A stretch of DNA of 64,000 nucleotides, taken from an uncultured Haloferula sp. Lineage in GTDB: Bacteria > Verrucomicrobiota > Verrucomicrobiia > Verrucomicrobiales > Akkermansiaceae. The stretch's first letter is position 1; every line of letters begins with the position of its first letter. The notes beneath the pieces were generated by a model. The model was not told where the DNA came from and did no database searches. It saw only the letters and a list, made by a program, of their open reading frames with translations. The position numbers and the translations under genes are program-made. This document shows positions 36,994 to 46,685 of this stretch, one piece after another. Location of the stretch: assembly GCA_965652295.1 (NCBI GenBank), contig CBFGTS010000015.1:41086-105085 (forward strand), in the 5' to 3' direction.

Positions 36994-38099
36994 TGCTCTT
37001 CAACTGGCAGCAGGACGATTGGCCGGATTTCCGCTACCGGACCGGAGATCTGACGGATCTACTGCTCGCGTTCGCGGACCATGCCGGTCGCGTGGGTGGC
37101 TTCCTCGAAGCCCTGCCGGAGGATCTCGGCACCGAAGCCGTCCTCGACCTCATGATCGCCGAAGCGATCCGCACTTCGGCGATCGAGGGCGAAACCCTGC
37201 AACGGGCCGCCGTGATGTCCTCGATCCGCAATCACCTCGGCCTCAATCCTGTCCCCGAACCGGTAGCGGACCCTCTGGCCGATGGAGCCAGCGAACTCAT
37301 GGTCGCCGTCCGCAACGACTTCCGGGAGCCCCTTTCCGAGAAAACCCTCTTCGCCTGGCACCGCATGCTTCTCGGCGGCTCGTCCGAGCTCCGGGTCGGC
37401 GGCTGGCGCGAAGGCGGCGATCCGATGCAAGTGGTCTCGGGCCGCATCGACGAGCCCACCGTCCACTTCGAAGCTCCCCCTGCCGCTCAGGTCCCGGCGG
37501 AAATGGAGCGCTTCATCGCGTGGTTCAATGCCACCGCCCCCGGCGGTTCGGACTCCATCCCGCACGCCCCCGTTCGCTCGGCCATCACCCACCTTTATTT
37601 CGAGAGCATCCACCCTTTCGAGGATGGCAACGGCCGCATCGGCCGCGCGCTGTCGGAGAAGGCCCTTTCCCAAGGCCTTGGCCGGCCCGTCGTCATGAGC
37701 CTGTCGCGCACCATCGACTCACGCAGGAACGACTACTACGCTGCCCTGAAGTTCGCCCAACGGACCAACGAAGCGACTGCCTGGGTCCGTTGGTTCGTCG
37801 GCGTCGTGGTCGAGGCCCAGCGCGACGCCGAATCGCGGGTCCGCTTCGTCCTGCAGAAATCGAAGTTCTTCCAGCGTTTCGACGCCGTCCTGAACGAACG
37901 TCAGCGAAAGGTCATCCGCCGCATGTTCGACGCCGGGCCGGACGGCTTCACCGGCGGCATGAACGCCCGCAAATACGTCGCCCTCACCGGAGCTTCCAAA
38001 GCCACCGCCACCCGCGACCTCCAGCTCCTCGTTGAGCTTGGTGCCCTGTTCCCCCTCGGCGGCGGCCGCAGCACCCGCTACGAGCTGGTGCTCGACTGA
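36993..38099 (+). CDS. Fic family protein (DUF4172 N-terminus, Fic domain, C-terminal wHTH)
   Basis: WQQDDWPDFRY, TSAIEGE inhibitory motif, HPFEDGNGRIGR, SKATATRDL...GGGRSTRY. Confidence 0.95.
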   Translation: MLFNWQQDDWPDFRYRTGDLTDLLLAFADHAGRVGGFLEALPEDLGTEAVLDLMIAEAIRTSAIEGETLQRAAVMSSIRNHLGLNPVPEPVADPLADGASELMVAVRNDFREPLSEKTLFAWHRMLLGGSSELRVGGWREGGDPMQVVSGRIDEPTVHFEAPPAAQVPAEMERFIAWFNATAPGGSDSIPHAPVRSAITHLYFESIHPFEDGNGRIGRALSEKALSQGLGRPVVMSLSRTIDSRRNDYYAALKFAQRTNEATAWVRWFVGVVVEAQRDAESRVRFVLQKSKFFQRFDAVLNERQRKVIRRMFDAGPDGFTGGMNARKYVALTGASKATATRDLQLLVELGALFPLGGGRSTRYELVLD

Positions 38100-38440
38100 T
38101 TCCGCCTGATCCGGCGCGGACCGGGCCTCACGTAAAACGTTAAGATTAAGTGAACTCTGAGTCCTATAGAACGACAGAACGCCAGGCATCTTTTTTCGGC
38201 GACCAGAACCAAGAGCCCCTTGATGACCTCCTGATGCGGCAATCGCCCCTCCGACAGGGATTGGCGGTAGCCTTGAAGTACCTTCAGCCCCTGCTTCTTG
38301 GTCAGCCACGCGCCCAGAAACCCGGTGAGAACGATGATCGCCAGCGTCGCCGGCAGGCCGATCCATTCTCCGACAGTCAGAAACAGAGCCAGCTCGATCA
38401 CCGGGACGGTGATGAAGAGAAGAAGAAGACGGCCGAACAT
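38078..38440 (-). pseudogene. fxsA: 3'-truncated duplicate of fxsA
   Basis: First ~80 codons nearly identical in protein to 36352-36819; homology ends near 38197, then unrelated sequence. Confidence 0.85.
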
Positions 38441-38796
38441 TGCGCCGGGACCCTAGCACCCCTCGCGATCCGATCCAGAGCAGCCTCGGTCCCTGCGGCA
38501 CCCTTGGCAGGCGCTCCCTGGAACGCTCTTTGAGCCGATTTCATCCATTTTTCGGCTCACGTTGTCGGACCGCGAAATATGAAATGCCGAGAATGCGATT
38601 CTCACATCCTAATCCGGAACCGTCCCGGAGGGACCGCGGAGATTAGCCCCGAGCTTCACGCCGCTCCAGAGCGACCTGGGCGAGATCCTGAGCCGGCTTC
38701 CTGACCAAGTCGGCAGTTTTCATGCACCGAACCAAGTTCTGGGTGATTACCCGCCCGCGGGCTTGCCTCAAGACTACCTGATTCTAGCCTAGCAGG

Positions 38797-41700
38797 ATGC
38801 TCTCCCGCTCTGCAAGCCCCGCATGGAAAAGCACCTGGCTCTGGAAGACCCTTGCCAAGCGCTCCAAGAACAAGGGAAACGCCCACGCGTCGGAGTTTCT
38901 CCCCACCCTGGAACTCTGGATGCGCCTCCTCGACACTGTACTTGCTAAAGGCGGCACCTCGCCCAGCGACTTCACTCTGCACGATGCCGACCACGCCCTC
39001 CGTGTGGCGGACCGCATAGAGCAGCTTCTCACAGACTCTATTCGGCAGAACCTCTCCGATTACGAACTCGCCCTGCTCCTGCTGGCAGCCTACAGCCACG
39101 ACATCGGCATGACCCCAGAGCGCGGAAAGGTCACCGCCCATCACCGCCATCTCTTTGATCCCGACGGGAGCGCACTCACCGAGAAGGAGAAGGCCAGCTT
39201 CCAGAGTTATCTCGACGAGCATGACGGCCACGCTATCTCACTTCCACTGACCGCGCCCATCGATCTTAATCTCGCCGACGAACTGGTCGCCTTCTACGTC
39301 CGCGAGCGGCACAACGACTGGAGCGCCGAATGGATCCGTGAAAATCTTATTGCTGCCAGTTTCGCGTTCCTACCGGACGTGGTCGAAATCCTTGTTCGTC
39401 TCTGCACCAGCCATCACCTAGACGTCCTCCGGCTCGATGCCTCCGACTTCGATCCCCTCCTCAGCAACGGCCCCGTACCCCAGCTAATCCACCTCCGCTA
39501 CCTCGCCTGCCTCCTGCGCCTCGCGGACATCTTGGAAAACGACCCCGAGCGCACCCCCGCCGTGCTCCTTCGCCACCGTGCCCTTGAGGATCGTCCGCGT
39601 AGCCTCGTCCATTGGCAGAAGGACCACGCTCTCACCATTGACATTCGCGGCGACAACCTCCACTTCCAAGCTCGTCCTCGTACCGCGGTGGCCCACCGCG
39701 CCCTGATCGATCTCAAGGATTGGATCGACCACGAACTCCATGGCATTGTCTCCTTCGGCGAGCGTCTCCCCGCGGAAAAGACCGTCGGCAAGCAAATCAT
39801 CCGCCGCGATTGGCATCTCGCCCCCGCCGTCACCCACGACATCCGACCCTTCAATGAGGCCTACGAGTACATTGATGGCGCCTTCCGTCCCAACACCGCG
39901 CGCCTGCTCCAGCTCCTCTCCGGCGAGCAACTCTATGGCAATCCTCTCCATGCCGTCCGCGAGCTGCTCCAAAATGCCTTCGATGCTGTCCGCGAAAAGA
40001 TCGCCCGCAAGCGGCTGACTCTACCGAACCCCGCCAACCGCAGGTGGGAAGAAGAACTCGGCAATCAGGAGCATGTTATCCTCACCTTGCGTCCCGGCCC
40101 CGCTGGTGGCTGGGAGCTTGTCTGCGAGGACAGCGGCGTCGGCCTCACTCGGGACATCATCAACCGCCACGTGCTGGTTAGCGGCACCGGTCGCCGCCAC
40201 GCCATTCGCCAGCTTGAGCGCGATTGCCAAGATGCCGGATTCCACCCCGGTCTCACCGGCCAATTCGGCATCGGCGTCCTCAGCTACTTCATGCTCGCTG
40301 AAGCTGTCACCCTTGAGACCACCCGTTACCAAGGCTGCAACGACGGAACCGAAAGCTGGCGCTTCACCACTCGCGGCGTGGGCAGCTTCGGTGAACTGAA
40401 GAAGCTCCCCACATCTTTTCTCCACGGCGGCTCCCGGGTGACGTGGGAGTTGAAGAGGCAATGGGTGACCGACAGTTCGGCATTCGCTCAGAAGCTGCTG
40501 GCCTACTTAGTGGATACACTTGTTCGGCTACCATGTCGCTTCGAGTATCGCATCGAAGGTGTTCCGAAGGGCAACCACATCTGGAAGCGCGATTTCGGCT
40601 GGGTAACCACCGAGGAGGACTGGATAGGCCTCGCGCAGAGCAAATGGAAAAGCGCCGATGAGATCTATGGAAGTGAACGTACATTTATCAGCGAAGCGGA
40701 GCGACGTCTGATCGAAGAACTCAAAGCACAACACCCGACATTTGAAGCGGATGCCCAAGACCGACTCCGGTGCGAGTTTCTTGAAGTGCCACTTCCCGAT
40801 AATGCCGGAATCGCCCGGGTGGTGGTAACTTACTTCGAACTCAAGGACGGAAGGTCGCTCATGCATAATCCCACGTATCCCGGTCACGAGCCATTCAGAT
40901 TGGAGAGTCACTCGTTCGGCGCATGGCGAGGGATGGGCTGTGCGATTCGAGCACGAAACGCTCATAAGAAAGGGGAGATTTTCACGACGCCGTTGGCCAT
41001 GGCCCAGCAGGGCATTTCTGTGGAGGTCGATCTACTTGGCGAGATCGATTCTGCCCTTGGCGTCGATCGCGAAGGGGTAATCATTTCATCGCACAGCACC
41101 GATTCTTGGAGAAATGCCATCTTGACCGCCGCCACTGCACTCCTGGAACGAACACTGGCCACAGGAAGCGGCAACCTGTTCCACGAGATCAATCAAGCAA
41201 CGCGGAACTTGCCCTTGACGCTCGCTAAAGGGGTAGGATGGTTCCACATTGCAGAGGAACCCCGATTTCGACCGCTCCAGTTCCCCGCTGCGATTTCGTT
41301 TGCGCAAAAAGCCATCGCCCCAAACCTACAAACCTCTGAGGGCGAACCGGTAACGCTTCTAGGCTGTGATGAAAAGCAGCTTCGCCTCCTTCCGCGCACC
41401 TTTGAGCTAAAGTTCATCCAATCAAAGAGGAAATCTCGCCGCGGCTATCCCTCCCCATTAATCTTCTGGAAGCAACCATCGGCGACCCCACGCAAAGCGA
41501 TATTCCCAAAGGAGTGGGAGCGTGTCGCCATCTTCGTTTTGGCATACAACACTTTCTCTAATTGGCAGTTGAAGATCCTTAATGAGCAACATCCTCTGCT
41601 CTCCCTTCTTTCGAAAGAGCAGCGTGAAACAGTGCTGCTTCCAAATACCCATGGGCACCGCTTTTGGGAGGAGCTCGCCTCAGTGGAAAGCCCCGGAAAT

Positions 41701-42021
41701 TCTGCATGGGCGTTGTTGAGAGCGGCCCTTTCACTCTCAACATCATTCTACAGCAAAGGTCCGTCTTCGTGGAACAAGTTCGTGAACGATAACGAAGTCC
41801 TGATGGAATCTCATTGGAATCTGATAAGCCAAGATTTGGGAAGAGAAACAAGCGATCTGGAATTTCAAATCTGCACGCAGTCAAGAACGCTGACGATCTC
41901 CCCCAGGAAATCAGCAATCGGAACGACAAATGGCGAAGCTGCGAACATTTCGTCCTTTTTGCCCGCCATAAACGATCCGAGCTTTCTCCTCTACGAAACT
42001 GATACTCTAGGGCGCGAGTGA
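38797..42021 (+). CDS. HD-domain (HD-CE-like) plus HSP90-like GHKL ATPase protein with unrecognised C-terminal region
   Basis: FTLHDADHALRV, AAYSHDIGM, LLRLADILE; QLYGNPLHAVRELLQNAFDA, EDSGVGL, GQFGIGVLSYFM. Confidence 0.88.
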   Translation: MLSRSASPAWKSTWLWKTLAKRSKNKGNAHASEFLPTLELWMRLLDTVLAKGGTSPSDFTLHDADHALRVADRIEQLLTDSIRQNLSDYELALLLLAAYSHDIGMTPERGKVTAHHRHLFDPDGSALTEKEKASFQSYLDEHDGHAISLPLTAPIDLNLADELVAFYVRERHNDWSAEWIRENLIAASFAFLPDVVEILVRLCTSHHLDVLRLDASDFDPLLSNGPVPQLIHLRYLACLLRLADILENDPERTPAVLLRHRALEDRPRSLVHWQKDHALTIDIRGDNLHFQARPRTAVAHRALIDLKDWIDHELHGIVSFGERLPAEKTVGKQIIRRDWHLAPAVTHDIRPFNEAYEYIDGAFRPNTARLLQLLSGEQLYGNPLHAVRELLQNAFDAVREKIARKRLTLPNPANRRWEEELGNQEHVILTLRPGPAGGWELVCEDSGVGLTRDIINRHVLVSGTGRRHAIRQLERDCQDAGFHPGLTGQFGIGVLSYFMLAEAVTLETTRYQGCNDGTESWRFTTRGVGSFGELKKLPTSFLHGGSRVTWELKRQWVTDSSAFAQKLLAYLVDTLVRLPCRFEYRIEGVPKGNHIWKRDFGWVTTEEDWIGLAQSKWKSADEIYGSERTFISEAERRLIEELKAQHPTFEADAQDRLRCEFLEVPLPDNAGIARVVVTYFELKDGRSLMHNPTYPGHEPFRLESHSFGAWRGMGCAIRARNAHKKGEIFTTPLAMAQQGISVEVDLLGEIDSALGVDREGVIISSHSTDSWRNAILTAATALLERTLATGSGNLFHEINQATRNLPLTLAKGVGWFHIAEEPRFRPLQFPAAISFAQKAIAPNLQTSEGEPVTLLGCDEKQLRLLPRTFELKFIQSKRKSRRGYPSPLIFWKQPSATPRKAIFPKEWERVAIFVLAYNTFSNWQLKILNEQHPLLSLLSKEQRETVLLPNTHGHRFWEELASVESPGNSAWALLRAALSLSTSFYSKGPSSWNKFVNDNEVLMESHWNLISQDLGRETSDLEFQICTQSRTLTISPRKSAIGTTNGEAANISSFLPAINDPSFLLYETDTLGRE

Positions 42022-42567
42022 GGAGCGGAAGGCGGTCCGGCGGGAAGCCACTCCGCCCTTCAACCGCTTGTTCATGATCACGCTGCGGTAGTTCGTGATG
42101 TCCCAGTCGGCATGGCAGACGTAAACGAAGCCCCTTCTCTCATAGAGTTCGACCAAATGGGCCGCTCCTTCGGCGGTATCCAGCGCAAGGTTGGGGACAC
42201 CGTGGGCTAGGGTGGTCGCCTCGATGATCTCCAGAAGCTGCGAACCAATGCCCCGGCGTTGAAGCGAGGGCTCGACTCCGAATTGTCCGAAACGGGCGAC
42301 ATCCTCCCGATCATACCACGCACATCCCGTTTCAGATGGGGGCAGATACAAGGTGGCGGTGCCGACGATGCGGGAGTCGAGCTCGGCGACGAAGGCGAGG
42401 CCCTGTGAAAGACGTCGATGCGTGGTTTCCTCATCCTGCCAGGTGGCATGGTAGCGAAAGCCAAGCTCGGCCAGTTGCCCATAGGCGCGGTGGAGCATCG
42501 CGGTCATCGCGGAGATGTCATCGCTCTCCCTCCAGGCTCGGATTTCCCATTCCTTCATCTTATCCAT
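42007..42567 (-). CDS. GNAT family N-acetyltransferase
   Basis: FGVEPSLQRRGIGSQLL acetyl-CoA motif, LALDTAE..HLVELYERRGF. Confidence 0.9.
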   Translation of the reverse strand: MDKMKEWEIRAWRESDDISAMTAMLHRAYGQLAELGFRYHATWQDEETTHRRLSQGLAFVAELDSRIVGTATLYLPPSETGCAWYDREDVARFGQFGVEPSLQRRGIGSQLLEIIEATTLAHGVPNLALDTAEGAAHLVELYERRGFVYVCHADWDITNYRSVIMNKRLKGGVASRRTAFRSSLAP

Positions 42568-42612
42568 CCACCCAAATCATACCCGGCAATCCCCCTCTCC
42601 CGATCCGTCCCA

Positions 42613-44118
42613 TCACCCCGTCTGCTTCTGCACGTCGGCGTGCCAGCGCCAGTTGGGATGGCGGACGTAGCCGAGCGCCTCGGCCACCGTGAGGCCGTTG
42701 CGGGCGGCCGTGGCGAGCTGCGTCCGCCGCTGGTTCCAGATCGCGGCCTCGGCAGGCTTCACCTGGTGACGCTTGTCGTAGGGAGCCATCTGCCCGACGA
42801 GCATGACGAGATAGCCCTCGATCCCGAAGTCGCTCTCGGTTTTCCCGATCCGGTAGCGGCAGAATCCGGTCGGTCCGTTTTCCCGATAGAACTCCAGCAG
42901 GGCTCCGATGCCGGAAAGGTCCGTTTCCTCGCGGCATCGCCGCCAGAACTCGGTCTGCCCGGCCGTGTTCAGCTGGTAGTGCAGGCCGAGGAAATCGCGG
43001 ATGTCCTCCCAACCGATGTGCGTCTGCTCGTTGTAGAGATCGATCATGCTCGGCGTGGGCTCCATTTCGCAGTGGAGGAGGAAATCGACCACCGTCTTGA
43101 CGTGCGAGCAGACGATCATCAGCGCGGTGGCCTCCAGCGGCTCGACGAATCCGGCCGAGTTTCCAATGGCGACGACGTTCTTCACCCACATCCGGCGGTG
43201 GCAGCCGCTGCGGAACTTCACGATCCGGAGCTGCTCGGGGACCTTGGGGCTTTTGCGACGGAACTCGTCGGCCGCCTGATCGTCGGAAATCATGTCGGAG
43301 CAGTACACGTATCCCCGGTTCACCCGGTGCTCGTGCTCGATCCGCCAGCTCCAGCCCCAGTCCATTTGATCGGCCGTGGTGTAGGGCAGGATCGGCTCTT
43401 CCACCCGGTCCCAGCCGCCCACCACCGCCCGGTCGCAGAAGAGCGTTTTGCCAAAGGACTGAAACGGCTCCTCCAGCGCCTTCCCGATCAGCTCGGCGCG
43501 GAAGCCGCTGCAATCGACGAAGAAGTCCGCCTCCAGCCGACGGCCATCCTCCAGCAGCACGGCTTTCACGCCCGCGTCATCCACCTCGGTGGAAACCAGC
43601 TTTCCGTCGGTGATCTCCACTCCCCACTCGGTGGCGTAGCTTTCCAGGACCGTCACCAGCTGCTCGTTCTCGATGTGGAAGGCGTGCCATGGCTGGACGT
43701 CCGGGCAGCCGTTGGGCTGGCGGAGGAAAACCTTGTCCGCCCGCATCAACGCCGCGGGCACATCAAGGTTGTCGAACTCCTCGTCGCAGTAGAACCCGAT
43801 CGGCCGTTCCATGCCCGCCCACTGAGCGTCGAGCTGCCGGCCGAAGGTGTAGTCGAAACGGCCCCGCGGCCCCCAGTTGAAGCGGATGCCCAGCTTCCAG
43901 GTCGGTGCCGCACGACGATAGAAATCCGCCCTCGGGATCCCAAGGTAGTCGAACAGGTGCGTGGGAAAGTTCGGCGTGGTTCCTTCCCCCACGCCGATCA
44001 CGCCGAGGTCCGGATCGCGCACGATCCGCACTCCGAGCTGGGGAATCCTCTTCTTCAACGACAGCGCCGCGATGAGACCGGCACTTCCTGAACCAACGAC
44101 CAACACATTCTGAATCAT
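42613..44118 (-). CDS. flavin-dependent (tryptophan 7-halogenase family) halogenase
   Basis: VVGSGSAG, IGVGEGT, TWKLGIRF catalytic Lys, FVDCSGF, WSWRI, GFVEPLEAT. Confidence 0.9.
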   Translation of the reverse strand: MIQNVLVVGSGSAGLIAALSLKKRIPQLGVRIVRDPDLGVIGVGEGTTPNFPTHLFDYLGIPRADFYRRAAPTWKLGIRFNWGPRGRFDYTFGRQLDAQWAGMERPIGFYCDEEFDNLDVPAALMRADKVFLRQPNGCPDVQPWHAFHIENEQLVTVLESYATEWGVEITDGKLVSTEVDDAGVKAVLLEDGRRLEADFFVDCSGFRAELIGKALEEPFQSFGKTLFCDRAVVGGWDRVEEPILPYTTADQMDWGWSWRIEHEHRVNRGYVYCSDMISDDQAADEFRRKSPKVPEQLRIVKFRSGCHRRMWVKNVVAIGNSAGFVEPLEATALMIVCSHVKTVVDFLLHCEMEPTPSMIDLYNEQTHIGWEDIRDFLGLHYQLNTAGQTEFWRRCREETDLSGIGALLEFYRENGPTGFCRYRIGKTESDFGIEGYLVMLVGQMAPYDKRHQVKPAEAAIWNQRRTQLATAARNGLTVAEALGYVRHPNWRWHADVQKQTG

Positions 44119-44235
44119 GATCGTCGGCCATCATGGCTGAACTTCGTCGCAGCGGAAGCCGGGACTCCGTCAAAACGTGGCATGAATCCCGGCTCCGGTT
44201 GACTCCGCCCCTCCTCCGGGCGATGCAGGGGAACC

Positions 44236-46602
44236 ATGAAACGCTTCATCCGCTGGTCCGCCGCCGTCCTGATGATCGCCAGCAGCCTCGCCGCGGAGCG
44301 CGAACGGCTCTTCAACAACGGCTGGAGGTTCTTCCTCGGCGATCAGGAAGGTGCCGAAACTCCGGACTTCACGGACGAAAGCTGGCGCGACCTTTCCCTG
44401 CCGCACGACTGGTCGATCGAAGGGGAATTCTCGCCCGACCACGCCAGCGCCACCGGTTTCCTCCCCGGTGGGACCGGTTGGTATCGCAAAACCTTCACCC
44501 TGCCGGAGGGCGCCGCCGGCAAACACGCCTTCCTGCGCTTCGAGGGCGTCTACCGGAACAGCGACGTCTGGATCAACGGCCACCACCTAGGGCACCGGCC
44601 GAACGGCTACATCGACTTCGAATACGAACTCACCCCGCACCTCCAGCCCGGCGAGAACGTGCTGGCCGTGCGCGTCGAGCGCGAGAACGTCGCCGACTCC
44701 CGCTGGTACACCGGCAGCGGCATCTACCGCGATGTCTGGCTGACCCTTACCGACCCCGTCCACGTCGTCCGCCACGGCGTGTTTCTCACCACTCCTCAGA
44801 TCACCGGCACCTATGCCGAGGTGAACAGCACCTGCGAGGTCACCAACGGCTCCGCCGACACAAAGGACATCACCGTTTCCGCCGAGATCGCCGATGCCGA
44901 GGGGGCGGTCGTTTCCCGCGCCACCACCACGCGTCCGCTCGAGGCCGGGGAAACCTGGACCTATCCCCTCTATCACCCGGTCGAAAACCCCCGCTGCTGG
45001 GGCGTGGAGAATCCCTACCTCTACCGCGTCATCCACCGCGTCGAGATTGATGGCGAAGTCGTGGATGAAGTCACCACGCCGCTCGGCATCCGCAGCTTCC
45101 GCTTCGATCCGGACGAGGGCTTCTTCCTCAACGGCGAGCCCCTGCTCATCAAAGGCATCTGCAACCATCACGATGCCGGATTTCTCGGAGCCGCCGTGCC
45201 CCGCCCGGTCCTCGAACGCCGCCTGCGGCTGCTCAAGGACATCGGGGCCAACGCCATCCGCTGCTCCCACAACCCGATGCAGGACGACCTCTACGAACTC
45301 TGCGACGAGATGGGTTTCCTGATGATGGACGAGGCCTTCGACGAGTGGGAACTCGGCAAACGCAAGTGGGTCAAAGGCCGCAACTCCGGCACCGCCGAAC
45401 GCTTCGGCTACAACGTCGATTTCGAAGCATGGGCCGTCCGCGATGCCGAGGCGATGGTCCGCCGCGCCCGCAAGCATCCCTCCGTCATCCTCTACAGCAT
45501 CGGCAACGAGATCGATTACCCGACCGACCCCTACGTCCATCCGAAGTCCCGCCAGGTCGAGATTTTCAAGGACTCGCCCGGCCAACCCTCGATGACCCGC
45601 CTCGCCGCCGTCGCACCCTCGCTGATCGCCGCGGTGAAACGCCACGACCCCACACGACCCGTGACGATGGCTCTTTCCAACAGCACCGCCGCCAACGCCA
45701 TCGGCCTCGCCGACATGCTTGATGTCGCCGGCTACAATTATCAGGAGCAGTACTACGAGGAAAACCACGCCGCCTTCCCAGGCCGCGTCCTGCTCGGCAG
45801 TGAGAACGGCGACGCCCCCGACGCCTGGGCCGCGGTACGAGATCTGCCGTACATCTCCGGCCAGTTCCTCTGGACCGGCTTCGATTTCCTCGGCGAGGCC
45901 AACGAGTGGCCGAACCACGGCAGCGAGGCCGGCATCTTCGACATCGCCGGTTTCCCGAAACGTGACGCCCTCTGGCGCGAGGCCGTCTGGTCGGACCAAC
46001 CCGTCCTTCACCTCACCGCCAGCCAGGGCCGCCGCTGGTGGCAAGGCGGGGACTGGAACGAACCCCGTCGACCCGACGAGCCGATGCAGGTCATCGCTTT
46101 CACCAACCTTCCCGAAATCACCCTCACCCTCGACGAACGCGAAATCGGCACCGCCAAGCCGCAAAACGGCGTCGCCCGCTGGGAGCTGCCATGGGAGGCG
46201 GGCGAACTCATCGCCAGCGGTAAGGACGCGGAGGGCAAGGAACACCGCACCATCCTCGCCACCACCGGCGATGCCGCTTCCATCCGCGTCACCGCCGACC
46301 GCTTGGCCCTCAAAGGCGACGATCGCGATGCAATCCACGTCACCCTCGAACTGCTCGATGCCGACGGCCGCCGCGTCGCCCGCGACGACCGCGAAATCAC
46401 CCTCACCACCACCGGCCCGCTCCGCCTCGCCGCCTTGGAGAACGGCGATCAGAATGACAACACCTCGCCGCGCTCGAACAGCCGCGAGACCCGCCACGGC
46501 CGCGCCCTCGCCATCATCCAGGCGAATGCTCCCGGCCCAGCCACCCTCACCGTCGAGTCCGAAGGCCTCCCCATCGCCGCCCTCCCGATTGAAGTGAAAT
46601 AG
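44236..46602 (+). CDS. secreted glycoside hydrolase family 2 (beta-galactosidase-like)
   Basis: LPHDWSIE, SRWYTGSGIYRDV, NAIRCSHNP, HPSVILYSIGNE, WTGFDFLGE. Confidence 0.93.
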   Translation: MKRFIRWSAAVLMIASSLAAERERLFNNGWRFFLGDQEGAETPDFTDESWRDLSLPHDWSIEGEFSPDHASATGFLPGGTGWYRKTFTLPEGAAGKHAFLRFEGVYRNSDVWINGHHLGHRPNGYIDFEYELTPHLQPGENVLAVRVERENVADSRWYTGSGIYRDVWLTLTDPVHVVRHGVFLTTPQITGTYAEVNSTCEVTNGSADTKDITVSAEIADAEGAVVSRATTTRPLEAGETWTYPLYHPVENPRCWGVENPYLYRVIHRVEIDGEVVDEVTTPLGIRSFRFDPDEGFFLNGEPLLIKGICNHHDAGFLGAAVPRPVLERRLRLLKDIGANAIRCSHNPMQDDLYELCDEMGFLMMDEAFDEWELGKRKWVKGRNSGTAERFGYNVDFEAWAVRDAEAMVRRARKHPSVILYSIGNEIDYPTDPYVHPKSRQVEIFKDSPGQPSMTRLAAVAPSLIAAVKRHDPTRPVTMALSNSTAANAIGLADMLDVAGYNYQEQYYEENHAAFPGRVLLGSENGDAPDAWAAVRDLPYISGQFLWTGFDFLGEANEWPNHGSEAGIFDIAGFPKRDALWREAVWSDQPVLHLTASQGRRWWQGGDWNEPRRPDEPMQVIAFTNLPEITLTLDEREIGTAKPQNGVARWELPWEAGELIASGKDAEGKEHRTILATTGDAASIRVTADRLALKGDDRDAIHVTLELLDADGRRVARDDREITLTTTGPLRLAALENGDQNDNTSPRSNSRETRHGRALAIIQANAPGPATLTVESEGLPIAALPIEVK

Positions 46603-46685
46603 GAGGTGGGACGCCCCCGTCCCGCAACCCCGGCAGCCCGCCAGCACCCTTCCCCGACTCGCGCATTCCTGTTAATCGCTCCCCC

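Noticed and set aside
38600..38796. Remnant gene upstream of the HD-HSP90 ORF
   Set aside because: No frame gives a recognisable motif
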